From positions 388,929-452,928 of the forward strand of contig CAXXNU010000019.1 of assembly GCA_963675805.2 (NCBI GenBank): a stretch of 64,000 nucleotides of DNA. The letters run 5' to 3'. This DNA is from Desulfobacterales bacterium. GTDB lineage: Bacteria; Desulfobacterota; Desulfobacteria; Desulfobacterales; Desulfosalsimonadaceae. The notes under the pieces are model-generated. The model was not told where the DNA came from. It saw nothing but the letters and a program-made list of their open reading frames with translations, and did not search any database. This document shows, piece by piece, positions 40,349 through 49,739 of this stretch. How positions within the stretch are numbered: position 1 is the stretch's first letter; the number at the start of each line of letters is the position of its first letter. Made by a program: the position numbers and the translations under genes.

Positions 40349-41730
40349 TGAGCGACCTGAAACCAGCTGAAATCGTTAAAGAACTGGATAAATATATTAT
40401 CGGCCAGGACCGGGCCAAACGGTCCGTGGCCATTGCGTTGCGCAACCGGTGGCGTCGGCAGAATGTGGATGAAGAATTGCGCGAAGAGATCGCACCAAAA
40501 AATATTATTTTGATTGGCCCGACTGGCGTGGGAAAAACAGAAATCGCCCGTCGTTTGGCAAGACTCACTGAATCGCCGTTTATCAAAGTGGAAGCGTCCA
40601 AGTTCACGGAAGTGGGGTATGTGGGCCGGGATGTGGAATCCATGGTCCGCGATCTTTTGGAACTGGCCATCAATATGATCAAGTCCCGGGAGCAGGCGGC
40701 AGTGAAGATAAAGGCCCGGGAAATTGCTGAAGAGCGGATTCTGGATATTTTGCTTCCAGCGCCGGGTGAAAAACCCGCCGCCAATGTTCACGAGTTTAAG
40801 GAGTCATTGCAGACCGATCTGAAAGCTGTGGGGGAACCCAAAACAGTTTCCAGCACCCGGGAAAAACTGCGTAAAATGCTGCATGAGGGCCGACTGGACA
40901 AGCGGTTTGTGGATCTGGAGGTGGCGGACCGCTCCATGCCCATTGTGGAAATTTTTTCCAATACCGGTATGGAGGAAATGGGCATTAATTTTAAGGATAT
41001 GCTGAGCGGCATGATGCCCAAGGGGTCTTCCAAAAAAAGAAAAATGACCGTGTCCGAAGCCCTCGAAATATTGTCTCAGGAAGAAGCCCAGCGCCTGGTG
41101 GATATGGACAAGGTGGTGAAGGAAGCCATTCACAAAGCCGAACAGTCCGGCATTATTTTTCTGGACGAGATCGACAAAATCGCAGGCAAAGAAAAAACCG
41201 GGGGTCCTGATGTTTCCCGGGAAGGGGTGCAGCGGGATCTGCTTCCCATTGTTGAAGGCAGCACGGTGACCACCAAATACGGGCCGGTAAAAACCAACCA
41301 CATTTTGTTCATTGCCTCCGGCGCGTTTCATATGAGTAAACCATCTGATCTGATCCCGGAACTTCAGGGTCGGTTTCCAATCCGGGTGGAGCTGAATTCG
41401 TTGGGATGGAGGGAATTTTTGCGTATCCTCACTGAACCCAAAAACGCGCTCCTGCTTCAGTATATTGCACTTCTCCGGACCGAAGGGGTGAATGTGTCTT
41501 TTGACGACGCGGCAGTGGAAAATATTGCCCAGGTCGCGGAAGATGTGAACAATCATACGGAAAATATCGGGGCCCGCCGGCTGCACACGCTCATGGAGCA
41601 CCTGCTGGAAGATATTCTGTTTGATGCGCCGGATATCAGTGAGAAGGATATCGTCATCACCAAATCCTATGTGGATGAAAAGTTCAAGGATATCCGGGAT
41701 GATGAGGATTTGAGCAGGTATATTTTGTAG
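40345..41730 (+). CDS. hslU: ATP-dependent protease ATPase subunit HslU
   Basis: [25 protein letters not shown], Walker [17 protein letters not shown], Walker [15 protein letters not shown] overlap with hslV. Confidence 0.95.
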   Translation: MMSDLKPAEIVKELDKYIIGQDRAKRSVAIALRNRWRRQNVDEELREEIAPKNIILIGPTGVGKTEIARRLARLTESPFIKVEASKFTEVGYVGRDVESMVRDLLELAINMIKSREQAAVKIKAREIAEERILDILLPAPGEKPAANVHEFKESLQTDLKAVGEPKTVSSTREKLRKMLHEGRLDKRFVDLEVADRSMPIVEIFSNTGMEEMGINFKDMLSGMMPKGSSKKRKMTVSEALEILSQEEAQRLVDMDKVVKEAIHKAEQSGIIFLDEIDKIAGKEKTGGPDVSREGVQRDLLPIVEGSTVTTKYGPVKTNHILFIASGAFHMSKPSDLIPELQGRFPIRVELNSLGWREFLRILTEPKNALLLQYIALLRTEGVNVSFDDAAVENIAQVAEDVNNHTENIGARRLHTLMEHLLEDILFDAPDISEKDIVITKSYVDEKFKDIRDDEDLSRYIL

Positions 41731-41778
41731 GTATAAGGTATAAGGTATAAGGTAGAAGGTGGAAGGTGGAAGGTAGAA
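41730..41778 (+). repeat. Heptamer array (GGTNNAA / AGGTNNA), 7 abutting units
   Basis: GGTATAA x3, GGTAGAA, GGTGGAA x2, GGTAGAA. The array starts on the G of the hslU TAG stop. Confidence 0.9.
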
Positions 41779-41788
41779 GGCTGGTCAG

Positions 41789-42145
41789 GTGCGGGATCAT
41801 ACAAAATTAAGGGCTTTTGCGCTGGTTGATGAAATAGCAATTTTAATTTATAGATTAACCGCCGAATTTCCAAAAGAAGAACGTTATGGCCTGACATCGC
41901 AAATGCGGCGGGCGGCAGTTTCTGCTCCTTCAAATATTGTGGAAGGATGTGCCCGGGACAGTCAGTCTGATTATCTCCGCTACCTGTATATTTCGTTCGG
42001 TGCATTGAAAGAATTAAATTACCAATTAAATTTATCAAAACGATTGGGTTTTTCTAATGACGATTATTTCGAATTGATTGAATCCAAAATTCTTGAGGCG
42101 GAAAAAGTACTGAATGGTTTAATTCGGTCAATCAGAAAAACCTGA
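41789..42145 (+). CDS. Four-helix-bundle protein (23S rRNA intervening-sequence protein / Avd-like family)
   Basis: 118 aa, GTG start. FPKEERYGLTSQMRRAAVSAPSNIVEGCAR...YLYISFGALKELNYQL is the family hallmark. Confidence 0.8.
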   Translation: MRDHTKLRAFALVDEIAILIYRLTAEFPKEERYGLTSQMRRAAVSAPSNIVEGCARDSQSDYLRYLYISFGALKELNYQLNLSKRLGFSNDDYFELIESKILEAEKVLNGLIRSIRKT

Positions 42146-42156
42146 CCCGTTTTAAC

Positions 42157-42184
42157 TTATACCTTAAACCTTATACCTAACCCC
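42157..42184 (-). repeat. Heptamer array, inverted orientation (TTNNACC), 4 units
   Basis: TTATACC TTAAACC TTATACC TAACCCC. This is the reverse complement type of the 41730 array. It ends 18 nt before the argB ATG. Confidence 0.85.
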
Positions 42185-42202
42185 CTACAAAAGAGGAACC
42201 CC

Positions 42203-43081
42203 ATGACCCCCAATGTTGCGGATATATTAATCGAAGCCCTGCCGTATATCCGGTATTTTTCCGGCATGACCATTGTGGTGAAATACGGCGGCCATGCCAT
42301 GGTGGACGAACAGCTCAAGATTGATTTTGCCCGGGATATCACGCTCATGAAATATATCGGCATGCATCCGGTGGTGGTCCATGGCGGCGGTCCTCAGATC
42401 AACAAGGTGCTGGATCAGATGGGCATCTCCACCAAATTTGTGAAAGGGATGCGGTTTACGGACGAGCAGACCATGGATGTGGTGGAAATGGTGCTGGGCG
42501 GAAAAGTGAACAAATCCATTGTGGCCCAGATCAACCGTCAGGGCGGAAAAGCTGTGGGCCTGAGCGGAAAAGACGGCGACCTGATTCTGGCGGAGAAACT
42601 TCAGCTCATGCATCAGCCGGATGTGAACAAGCCGCCGGAAATTATTGATCCCGGCCATGTGGGTGATGTCACCAAAATCAATCCATCCATTGTCACCACC
42701 CTGAGTGACCAGGGGTTTATTCCGGTCATTGCGCCGGTGGGGGTGGGAGAGAACGGTGAAACCTATAATATTAATGCGGATCTGGTGGCGTCCAGGGTTG
42801 CCTGCGCCCTTTCCTCGGGCCGGCTCATCTATCTCACGGATGTGGACGGGGTAAAGGATGCCGCCGGAGAGCTCATCAACTCCATTGATGCCCGAACCAT
42901 CAAGCAGATGATTGACGACAAAACCATTTCCGGCGGCATGATACCGAAGATTCAATACGCGCTGGCAGCGCTCAAAAGCGGTGTGAAAAAAGTGCAGATC
43001 ATTAACGGCACCAAACGCCACGCCTTGCTGCTGGAGCTTTTTACAGACAAGGGTATCGGCACGGAAGTAACGGAAACCTGA
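42203..43081 (+). CDS. argB: Acetylglutamate kinase
   Basis: [23 protein letters not shown]...VVHGGGPQI...YNINADLVA. Confidence 0.9.
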   Translation: MTPNVADILIEALPYIRYFSGMTIVVKYGGHAMVDEQLKIDFARDITLMKYIGMHPVVVHGGGPQINKVLDQMGISTKFVKGMRFTDEQTMDVVEMVLGGKVNKSIVAQINRQGGKAVGLSGKDGDLILAEKLQLMHQPDVNKPPEIIDPGHVGDVTKINPSIVTTLSDQGFIPVIAPVGVGENGETYNINADLVASRVACALSSGRLIYLTDVDGVKDAAGELINSIDARTIKQMIDDKTISGGMIPKIQYALAALKSGVKKVQIINGTKRHALLLELFTDKGIGTEVTET

Positions 43082-43119
43082 CTGGCCGCCCGAAAAAGAA
43101 ATAAGAAAAGGAAAAGACA

Positions 43120-44031
43120 TTGAAAAAAGACATTCTGACTCTCGAAGAACTGGATGCGTCAGATTTTAACCGACTGATCGATCGGGCCGCAGAGCTGAAA
43201 GTTCGTTACAAAAGCGGGAAGGCTGACCGGACCCTGGTGGGGAAGTCCGTGGGACTGATTTTTGACAAACCTTCCACCCGCACGCGGCTGTCGTTTGAAA
43301 CCGCCGCCATCCAGCTCGGCGCAACCCCCATTTTTATCGCGTCCGGAGATACCCAGATGGCCCGAAATGAGCCTATTGAAGATACAGCCCGGGTCATGAG
43401 CCGGTATCTGGACGGCATCGCGTTCCGGACGTTTTCCCAGGCCCTGCTCGAAGAATTTGCCGCCAGCTGCGATATCCCGGTGATCAACGCCCTGACCGAT
43501 ACCTTTCATCCCTGCCAGATTTTGAGTGACCTGCTGACCGTAAAGGAAATCAAAGGGGACCTGCACAAATTGAAAATCGCATGGATCGGTGACGGCAACA
43601 ATATGGCCCATTCTTGGATCAATGCGGCAGCAGTGCTGGGGTTTAAGCTGAATCTTGCCTGCCCCAAAGGCTATCAGCCGGACAGACAGATCATTGAAAA
43701 GGCCTGCAGTAAAAACAGTGCCATAATTGTTACCACCGATCCGGTGGATGCCGCCCGGGGCGTGGATGTTATCAATACAGACGTCTGGGCCAGCATGGGG
43801 CAGGAAGATGAGCAGCAGGAGCGGATGAAGGTGTTTGAGGCCTATCAGGTCAATTCGCTGATTGTTGATATCGCCCGCAAAGATGCCATTGTCATGCATT
43901 GCCTGCCGGCCCACCGGGGGGAAGAAATCACTGCCGATGTATTGGAAGGTCCCCAGTCTGTGGTCTGGGACCAGGCGGAAAACAAAATGCATATGCATAA
44001 GGCAGTGTTGGATATTTTATTAAACCAATAA
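43120..44031 (+). CDS. argF: Ornithine carbamoyltransferase
   Basis: TTG start. [34 protein letters not shown]. Confidence 0.9.
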   Translation: MKKDILTLEELDASDFNRLIDRAAELKVRYKSGKADRTLVGKSVGLIFDKPSTRTRLSFETAAIQLGATPIFIASGDTQMARNEPIEDTARVMSRYLDGIAFRTFSQALLEEFAASCDIPVINALTDTFHPCQILSDLLTVKEIKGDLHKLKIAWIGDGNNMAHSWINAAAVLGFKLNLACPKGYQPDRQIIEKACSKNSAIIVTTDPVDAARGVDVINTDVWASMGQEDEQQERMKVFEAYQVNSLIVDIARKDAIVMHCLPAHRGEEITADVLEGPQSVVWDQAENKMHMHKAVLDILLNQ

Positions 44032-44042
44032 GGAGACATATC

Positions 44043-45245
44043 GTGACAAAACAGGTAAACAAGGTGGTGCTGGCCTATTCCGGCGGCCTTGATACATCCG
44101 TGATTTTAAAGTGGCTGATTGAAACCTATGATTGTGAAGTCGTGGCCTTTTCAGCGGACATTGGTCAGGCCGAGGAGCTGGATCATATTGACGAAAAAGC
44201 CCGGAAAACCGGAGCAGTGAACGTGTATGTGGATGATCTGCGGGAAGAATTTGTAAAAGATTACGTGTTTCCTGCCTTCCGCGCCAATGCCATCTATGAA
44301 GGCCAGTATCTTTTGGGCACGTCTCTGGCAAGACCGCTGATTGCCAAACGCCAGATGGAAATCGCGGCCCTTGAAAACGCGGACGCAGTGAGTCATGGCG
44401 CAACAGGCAAAGGAAACGACCAGGTCCGGTTTGAATTGTCTTATTTTGCAATTAACCCGCATATCAAGATTGTTGCGCCCTGGCGGGAGTGGGATTTGAA
44501 TTCACGCACCGCTTTGATGGAATTTGCGGAAAAGCACGGCATTCCGGTGACCGCCACGAAGAAATCTCCCTACAGCACGGATCGGAACCTCCTGCATATC
44601 AGCTATGAAGGCGGCATTCTGGAAGACCCGTGGAGTGAGCCGCCGGAAGATATGTATACTTTGACCGTTTCCCCCAAAGACGCGCCGGATGAAGCGGATA
44701 TTATTGAAATTACTTTTAAAAACGGCGATCCCGTGGCGGTTAATGACCATTATTTGACCCCCGCGGCCCTGCTGGCGGAACTGAACACCCTTGGCGGGCG
44801 GCACGGCATCGGTAGAGATGATATTGTGGAAAACCGGTTTGTGGGAATGAAATCCCGGGGCGTGTATGAAACGCCGGGGGGCACTATTCTGCGTGCCGCC
44901 CACATGGCCCTGGAATCTTTGACCCTGGACCGGGAAGTCATGCATCTGCGGGATTCCCTGATTCCGAGATACGCGGAAATGGTGTATTACGGGTTCTGGT
45001 TTGCGCCGGAAAGGGAACTTTTGCAGAAAATGATCGACGACACCCAAAAGACAGTGAACGGCGTGGTGCGGCTGGAGCTTTTCAAGGGCCGGTGCCGGGC
45101 CATCGGCCGGAAATCCGATGATTCCCTGTATAATATGGATTTCGCCACTTTTGAAGATGACTCGGTCTACAAACAGTTTGACGCGGAAGGGTTTATCCGG
45201 CTGAATGCCCTGCGCCTCCGAATTCGGAAATTGATGAAAAAGTAG
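44043..45245 (+). CDS. argG: Argininosuccinate synthase
   Basis: GTG start after [37 protein letters not shown]. Confidence 0.95.
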   Translation: MTKQVNKVVLAYSGGLDTSVILKWLIETYDCEVVAFSADIGQAEELDHIDEKARKTGAVNVYVDDLREEFVKDYVFPAFRANAIYEGQYLLGTSLARPLIAKRQMEIAALENADAVSHGATGKGNDQVRFELSYFAINPHIKIVAPWREWDLNSRTALMEFAEKHGIPVTATKKSPYSTDRNLLHISYEGGILEDPWSEPPEDMYTLTVSPKDAPDEADIIEITFKNGDPVAVNDHYLTPAALLAELNTLGGRHGIGRDDIVENRFVGMKSRGVYETPGGTILRAAHMALESLTLDREVMHLRDSLIPRYAEMVYYGFWFAPERELLQKMIDDTQKTVNGVVRLELFKGRCRAIGRKSDDSLYNMDFATFEDDSVYKQFDAEGFIRLNALRLRIRKLMKK

Positions 45246-45252
45246 AAGTGCA

Positions 45253-45280
45253 GGTATAAGGTATAAGGTTTAAGGTTTAA
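45253..45280 (+). repeat. Heptamer array (GGTNNAA), 4 units
   Basis: GGTATAA GGTATAA GGTTTAA GGTTTAA, 8 nt after the argG stop. Confidence 0.85.
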
Positions 45281-45432
45281 AATTTGAGATAAAAGTAAAA
45301 AAGTAAAGCTGAAAAGAGAAAAACGAAATTCCAGGTTGTTAGAATTTAAGGGAGGGCCTATCCCTCCCACTTCATAAAGACAGATAACTGCAGGATAGCG
45401 TTTTTTCTGACATGATACGGATACTCAGGGCT

Positions 45433-45485
45433 TTCAACCTTAAACCTTCTACCTTCTACCTAAGAACCTAAACAACCTAACAACC
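45433..45485 (-). repeat. Heptamer array, inverted orientation (TTNNACC), 4 units plus 3 longer degenerate units
   Basis: TTCAACC TTAAACC TTCTACC TTCTACC, then TAAGAACC TAAACAACC TAACAACC. It ends 10 nt before the argH ATG. Confidence 0.85.
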
Positions 45486-45495
45486 GAGACCCACA

Positions 45496-46905
45496 ATGAC
45501 TGAAAAACCATGGGACGGCCGGTTTGCGGAACCCACAGACGCGGCCGTGGAAGCCTTTACTTCCTCCATTGCGGTGGATAAGAAGTTATACCAATATGAT
45601 ATCGACGGCAGCATTGCCCATTGCAGAATGCTGGCCAAATGCGGCATTATCACCGTCGAAGAAGCAGATGCCCTGACTGGCGGTCTTGAAAAAATCCGCC
45701 AGGAGATCACCAGTGGAGATTTTGTTTTTTCGGACCGGCTGGAAGATATCCACATGCACATCGAGGACCGCTTGGCCGCCCATGTGGGCAATGTGTCCCG
45801 AAAATTGCACACCGGACGAAGCAGAAATGATCAGGTGGCCCTGGATATTCGGCTGTACCTGCGGGACATGAGCCGGAAAATCATATACGGCCTGGTTCAG
45901 CTCCGGAAAATTCTGGTGGATATGGCTGAAACCCACATGGATGTGGTCATGCCTGGATATACCCATCTGCAGCGGGCCCAGCCCGTGCTTTTTTCCCATC
46001 ATTTGCTGGCCTACTATGAAATGTTCGCCCGGGATACCCAGCGATTTTCAGACGGGTTTTCCAGGATGAATGTCATGCCACTGGGTGCGGCCGCCCTTGC
46101 CGGCACCACGTATCCTATTGACCGGGCCTATACCGCACAGCTTCTCGATTTTCCAAAGGTTTGCGAAAACAGTCTGGACGCGGTTTCGGACCGGGATTTT
46201 ATGGTTGAATTTCTCGCATCCGCCAGCTTGTGCATGGTGCATTTCAGCCGGTTTTCCGAAGAACTGGTCATGTGGTCGTCGTCTGAATTTAATTTTATCA
46301 CCCTGTCGGACGCCTTTTCCACGGGGAGCAGCATCATGCCCCAGAAAAAAAATCCAGACGTGCCGGAGCTGGTGCGGGGCAAAACCGGCAGGGTGGTGGG
46401 CAGTCTCATGGCCATGCTCACCCTGATGAAATCTCTGCCCCTGGCCTATAACCGGGACATGCAGGAAGACAAGCCCCCGGTGTTTGACGCAGCGGAAACC
46501 CTGAGCGCCTGCATTGATATTTACATCCGTATGCTGCCCGCCATTACCGTTAATGCCGAAATTATGCAAAATGCTTTGTCCACCGGCTATTTAAACGCCA
46601 CGGACATGGCCGATTATCTGGTGGGAAAAGGCATGCCGTTTCGGGAGGCCCACGGGTGTGTCGGCCGGGCCGTGAGCTACGGGCTGGATAACAAAAAAGA
46701 GCTGCACGAATTCACCCTGGATGAGCTGCGCCGGTTTTCCGATCTGATTGAAGAGGACATTTTTCCGGCCCTGACCATCGGCCGGATGATTGAACGGCGC
46801 ACCTCTTACGGCGGCACCGCCACGGACAATGTGCGGGCCGCTATGAAACGCGCAAAAGCGATAGTAGCGGCGGAGCTATCGGAAATCAGGGAAATGCATG
46901 GATAA
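45496..46905 (+). CDS. argH: Argininosuccinate lyase
   Basis: PWDGRFAE..., GYTHLQRAQP, SSIMPQKKNPD. Confidence 0.95.
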   Translation: MTEKPWDGRFAEPTDAAVEAFTSSIAVDKKLYQYDIDGSIAHCRMLAKCGIITVEEADALTGGLEKIRQEITSGDFVFSDRLEDIHMHIEDRLAAHVGNVSRKLHTGRSRNDQVALDIRLYLRDMSRKIIYGLVQLRKILVDMAETHMDVVMPGYTHLQRAQPVLFSHHLLAYYEMFARDTQRFSDGFSRMNVMPLGAAALAGTTYPIDRAYTAQLLDFPKVCENSLDAVSDRDFMVEFLASASLCMVHFSRFSEELVMWSSSEFNFITLSDAFSTGSSIMPQKKNPDVPELVRGKTGRVVGSLMAMLTLMKSLPLAYNRDMQEDKPPVFDAAETLSACIDIYIRMLPAITVNAEIMQNALSTGYLNATDMADYLVGKGMPFREAHGCVGRAVSYGLDNKKELHEFTLDELRRFSDLIEEDIFPALTIGRMIERRTSYGGTATDNVRAAMKRAKAIVAAELSEIREMHG

Positions 46906-46920
46906 AGTTTCTGGCCTCCG

Positions 46921-47424
46921 ATGCCGATCGTGAAAATTCTTTCGGGGAAATTGCAATTGAAGAGATTAGAGGAGTGTTTCAAACTGAAGGCGGGAGCAGT
47001 ATGCTTTGTGTTTGTTGGTTTGGTGCTGTTTGCTATGGGATGCGGCAAAAAAGGGTTGCCGGTTCCGCCGGCCCATGTGCCGCCGCCGGTGGTTAAAAAC
47101 CTGGACGTTCGCCTGGAAGAAAGTATCGCTGCTTTAACCTGGCCTGTGCCTGATAGCGTGTCCAAAGGCACGGAGCCGGACACCGAAAACGCGGTGGCTG
47201 GTTTTTATGTTTATTATGTAAAAACCGCGGTTGAGGGTGAATACAGATGCCCGAACTGCCCGGTGCAGTTTGAACGGATGGCTGATGTGCCGGCCAGTGC
47301 CGGGACTTCGATAGCTTTTGAAATGCCTCTGGAAAAAGGCTTTCATCATGCATTTGCCGTGTCTTGCTATACGGAAACCGGGGAAGAAGGGGAACGGTCG
47401 GACGCGGTGATGCTGACTTATTAG
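46921..47424 (+). CDS. Putative lipoprotein
   Basis: FVGLVLFAMGCGKKGLPVPP is a lipobox, and the GCGxKG context is reminiscent of LptM-type lipoproteins. The start codon is uncertain. Confidence 0.5.
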   Translation: MPIVKILSGKLQLKRLEECFKLKAGAVCFVFVGLVLFAMGCGKKGLPVPPAHVPPPVVKNLDVRLEESIAALTWPVPDSVSKGTEPDTENAVAGFYVYYVKTAVEGEYRCPNCPVQFERMADVPASAGTSIAFEMPLEKGFHHAFAVSCYTETGEEGERSDAVMLTY

Positions 47425-47425
47425 A

Positions 47426-47950
47426 ATGAAACAGAAAATATTTCACAATAATACCGCCTATATTGCTGTTGGTTCCAATATGGGCGACAAACTGGAAACC
47501 TGCCGGAACGCATTAGCAGATCTGGACCGCACGGATGTGGTGGCTGTGGAGGCGGTGTCCCGGTTTTATTTTACCGAGCCCATGGAATATTCAGACCAGC
47601 CCTGGTTTGTGAACGGGGCCGCCAGAATCCGCACCAGCGCGGACCCGGCGGAATTGCTCTCGGTGCTGAAATCCTTTGAAGCGGCATATGGCCGGACAGA
47701 CGGCGGGGTGCGGTTCGGTCCCCGGCCCCTTGATTTTGACATTATTTTTTATAATGAATTGATCATGGACACGCCGCAACTGATTGTTCCCCATCCGCGT
47801 ATGCACCTTCGGGAGTTTGTGCTGCGGCCCATTAACGATATTGCGCCGGAGTTGATGCATCCGGTGTTCTGTAAAAGCATTCGCCGGATGCTCGCAGAAT
47901 TGCGTGTTCAGAACCAGCAGTGCATACCGGTGGAGGCGGCAACCCTTTAA
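47426..47950 (+). CDS. folK: 2-amino-4-hydroxy-6-hydroxymethyldihydropteridine diphosphokinase
   Basis: AYIAVGSNMGD, RFGPRPLDFDIIFY, VPHPRMHLREFVLRPINDIAP. Confidence 0.85.
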   Translation: MKQKIFHNNTAYIAVGSNMGDKLETCRNALADLDRTDVVAVEAVSRFYFTEPMEYSDQPWFVNGAARIRTSADPAELLSVLKSFEAAYGRTDGGVRFGPRPLDFDIIFYNELIMDTPQLIVPHPRMHLREFVLRPINDIAPELMHPVFCKSIRRMLAELRVQNQQCIPVEAATL

Positions 47951-47978
47951 GGGCTTGCGGTTATCCTCCTGCTCGACA

Positions 47979-48008
47979 AATCGAAATCGGGATCGAAATC
48001 GAAATCGA
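47979..48008. repeat. Hexamer array RATCGR x5
   Basis: AATCGA AATCGG GATCGA AATCGA AATCGA, in the folK-tal spacer. Confidence 0.7.
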
Positions 48009-48088
48009 TTCCAAAGAAAATGCCGCCATTCGGGCGGAAAAAATGATCAGAAAAAAATTATCGACATATCTACTTCGCTCAAGTTAAA

Positions 48089-48165
48089 CCGGTCGGCACG
48101 GTGGCCGACCCTACACAGTCCGGAGGTTCCGACCGGCTCGTAGGGCAGGCCACCGTGCCTGCCGG
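48089..48165. repeat. REP-like long palindrome (26-nt arms)
   Basis: CCGGTCGGCACGGTGGCCGACCCTAC (48089-48114) pairs with GTAGGGCAGGCCACCGTGCCTGCCGG (48140-48165). Arms are complementary at 22/26 positions by my count. Confidence 0.7.
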
Positions 48166-48260
48166 TAAGGGAATGATGGCCAATACTTTGTAACAACTTG
48201 ACTGGAGTGGATAACCAAAAAAATATCTATCAAAAAAACAATTATTAAAGGAGAACCTGA

Positions 48261-48905
48261 ATGAAATTTTTTATTGATACAGCCAATATTGCGGAAATAA
48301 AAGAAGCCAATGACATGGGCATGGTGGACGGGGTCACAACAAATCCGTCCCTGATTGCCAAAGAGGGCCGGGATTTCAAGGAAATCATAACTGATATCTG
48401 CGCAATTGTGGACGGTCCCATCAGCGCGGAAGTAATCAGCCTGGAGGAAGCCGGCATGGTAACGGAAGCCCGGGAACTGGCCAAAATTCATAAAAATATT
48501 GTGGTCAAAATTCCCATGACCATTGATGGGCTGAAAGCGGTGCGGACCCTGTCTTCTGAAGGGATTAAAACCAATGTTACCCTGGTGTTTTCCACCCTGC
48601 AGGCCCTGATGGCGGCCAAAGCCGGCGCCTCCTATGTCAGTCCCTTTGTGGGCCGCCTGGATGACCTGTCCCAGGACGGTCTGGTGCTGGTGGATCAGAT
48701 TGTAACCATTTACGATAATTATGATTATGACACGGAAGTGATTGTGGCCAGTGTCCGGAATCCCCTGCATGTGCTGGATTCCGCCCTCATGGGGGCAGAT
48801 ATTGCCACCATCCCCTTTAATGTGCTGGCGAAACTGGCAGCCCATCCCATGACAGATAAAGGCATTGCCGCATTTATGGCAGACTGGGAAAAAAGAAACA
48901 AGTAA
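48261..48905 (+). CDS. tal: Short-type transaldolase / fructose-6-phosphate aldolase family
   Basis: [43 protein letters not shown] (Schiff-base Lys region). 214 aa. Confidence 0.85.
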   Translation: MKFFIDTANIAEIKEANDMGMVDGVTTNPSLIAKEGRDFKEIITDICAIVDGPISAEVISLEEAGMVTEARELAKIHKNIVVKIPMTIDGLKAVRTLSSEGIKTNVTLVFSTLQALMAAKAGASYVSPFVGRLDDLSQDGLVLVDQIVTIYDNYDYDTEVIVASVRNPLHVLDSALMGADIATIPFNVLAKLAAHPMTDKGIAAFMADWEKRNK

Positions 48906-48920
48906 TGCGGGCGGCTGATC

Positions 48921-49487
48921 ATGGACATCAAGAAAAGACTGCTGGACGGTCTGGGACATCCCAACAGCCTGACGCTCTTTCGCGTGGCCGCTGTGCCCCT
49001 TTTGATTCTTTTGATGCTGTCGCCATCCAAGTGGAGCGGGTTTTTTGCCGCATTGGTGTTCAGCATCGCCGCAGTGACGGATTATTTTGACGGGTATGTG
49101 GCCCGGCGGTTCGGCCTGGTCTCCAATCTTGGGAAAATCATGGACCCGCTGGCGGATAAGCTGCTGGTGTCCTCAGCCTTTATTATGCTGATTCCCCATG
49201 GCCGGGTGCCAGCCTGGATGATCTGCATTATTATCGGCCGGGAACTTGCCGTGACCGGATTGCGGAATATCATCAGTGAAAAAGGCGAAGATGTGTCCGC
49301 CTCTATGCTCGGAAAGTGGAAAACCGGTTTTCAGATCAGCGCCATTATTCCGTTGCTGTTACACTACGAATACCTGGGGATTGACTTTCATTCCATCGGC
49401 ATGGTGCTGCTCTGGTTCGCCCTGGGGGTGACGGTCTGGTCCGGGGCGGATTATTTTATTCGGTTCAGGAAGCTTTTAACATCTTAA
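48921..49487 (+). CDS. pgsA: CDP-diacylglycerol--glycerol-3-phosphate 3-phosphatidyltransferase
   Basis: CDP-alcohol phosphatidyltransferase motif DYFDGYVARRFGLVSNLGKIMDPLADK. Confidence 0.85.
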   Translation: MDIKKRLLDGLGHPNSLTLFRVAAVPLLILLMLSPSKWSGFFAALVFSIAAVTDYFDGYVARRFGLVSNLGKIMDPLADKLLVSSAFIMLIPHGRVPAWMICIIIGRELAVTGLRNIISEKGEDVSASMLGKWKTGFQISAIIPLLLHYEYLGIDFHSIGMVLLWFALGVTVWSGADYFIRFRKLLTS

Positions 49488-49739
49488 TCTAATGCGGGGA
49501 ATCTTAACCCATGCGTCCGGTTGGCAATAACGGTTCCATGTTGCAGGTTCCTGGTTACAGGTGTCGGATGTCAGAATGGTTTGTTCCGGCATCCATAAAA
49601 CTCGATATTTAGGAAAATGGCCATCTGAACACGGACACCTTTTAATGGAAAACGATGTTTCATTTTTTTTGCACAGAAGCTCCAAAGTCAAAGTAGTAGG
49701 CTAAACAACCAAGACCCTAAGAAAATTGCGGGGGTGTTC

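Noticed and set aside
40804-41601. 265-aa minus-strand ORF, plus other antisense ORFs opposite hslV/hslU (39758..40240, 40237..40791)
   Set aside because: They lie opposite very confidently identified hslV/hslU. The antisense translations are low-complexity.
42227-43998. Long minus-strand ORFs 42227..43120 (297 aa) and 43159..43998 (279 aa)
   Set aside because: They are antisense shadows of argB and argF. Their composition is skewed (H, R, G, F) and they show no recognisable domains.
41730-45485. Heptamer arrays as a CRISPR-like or microsatellite feature
   Set aside because: They are not CRISPR: the units are 7 nt, contiguous and without spacers, and there are no cas genes. They are not simple microsatellites either, because they occur as inverted pairs at precise gene boundaries. 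They are reported as a distinct repeat family instead.
48111-48959. 282-aa minus-strand ORF
   Set aside because: It is antisense to the transaldolase gene. Its 3' end (48111) lies in the REP-like palindrome and its 5' end overlaps pgsA.
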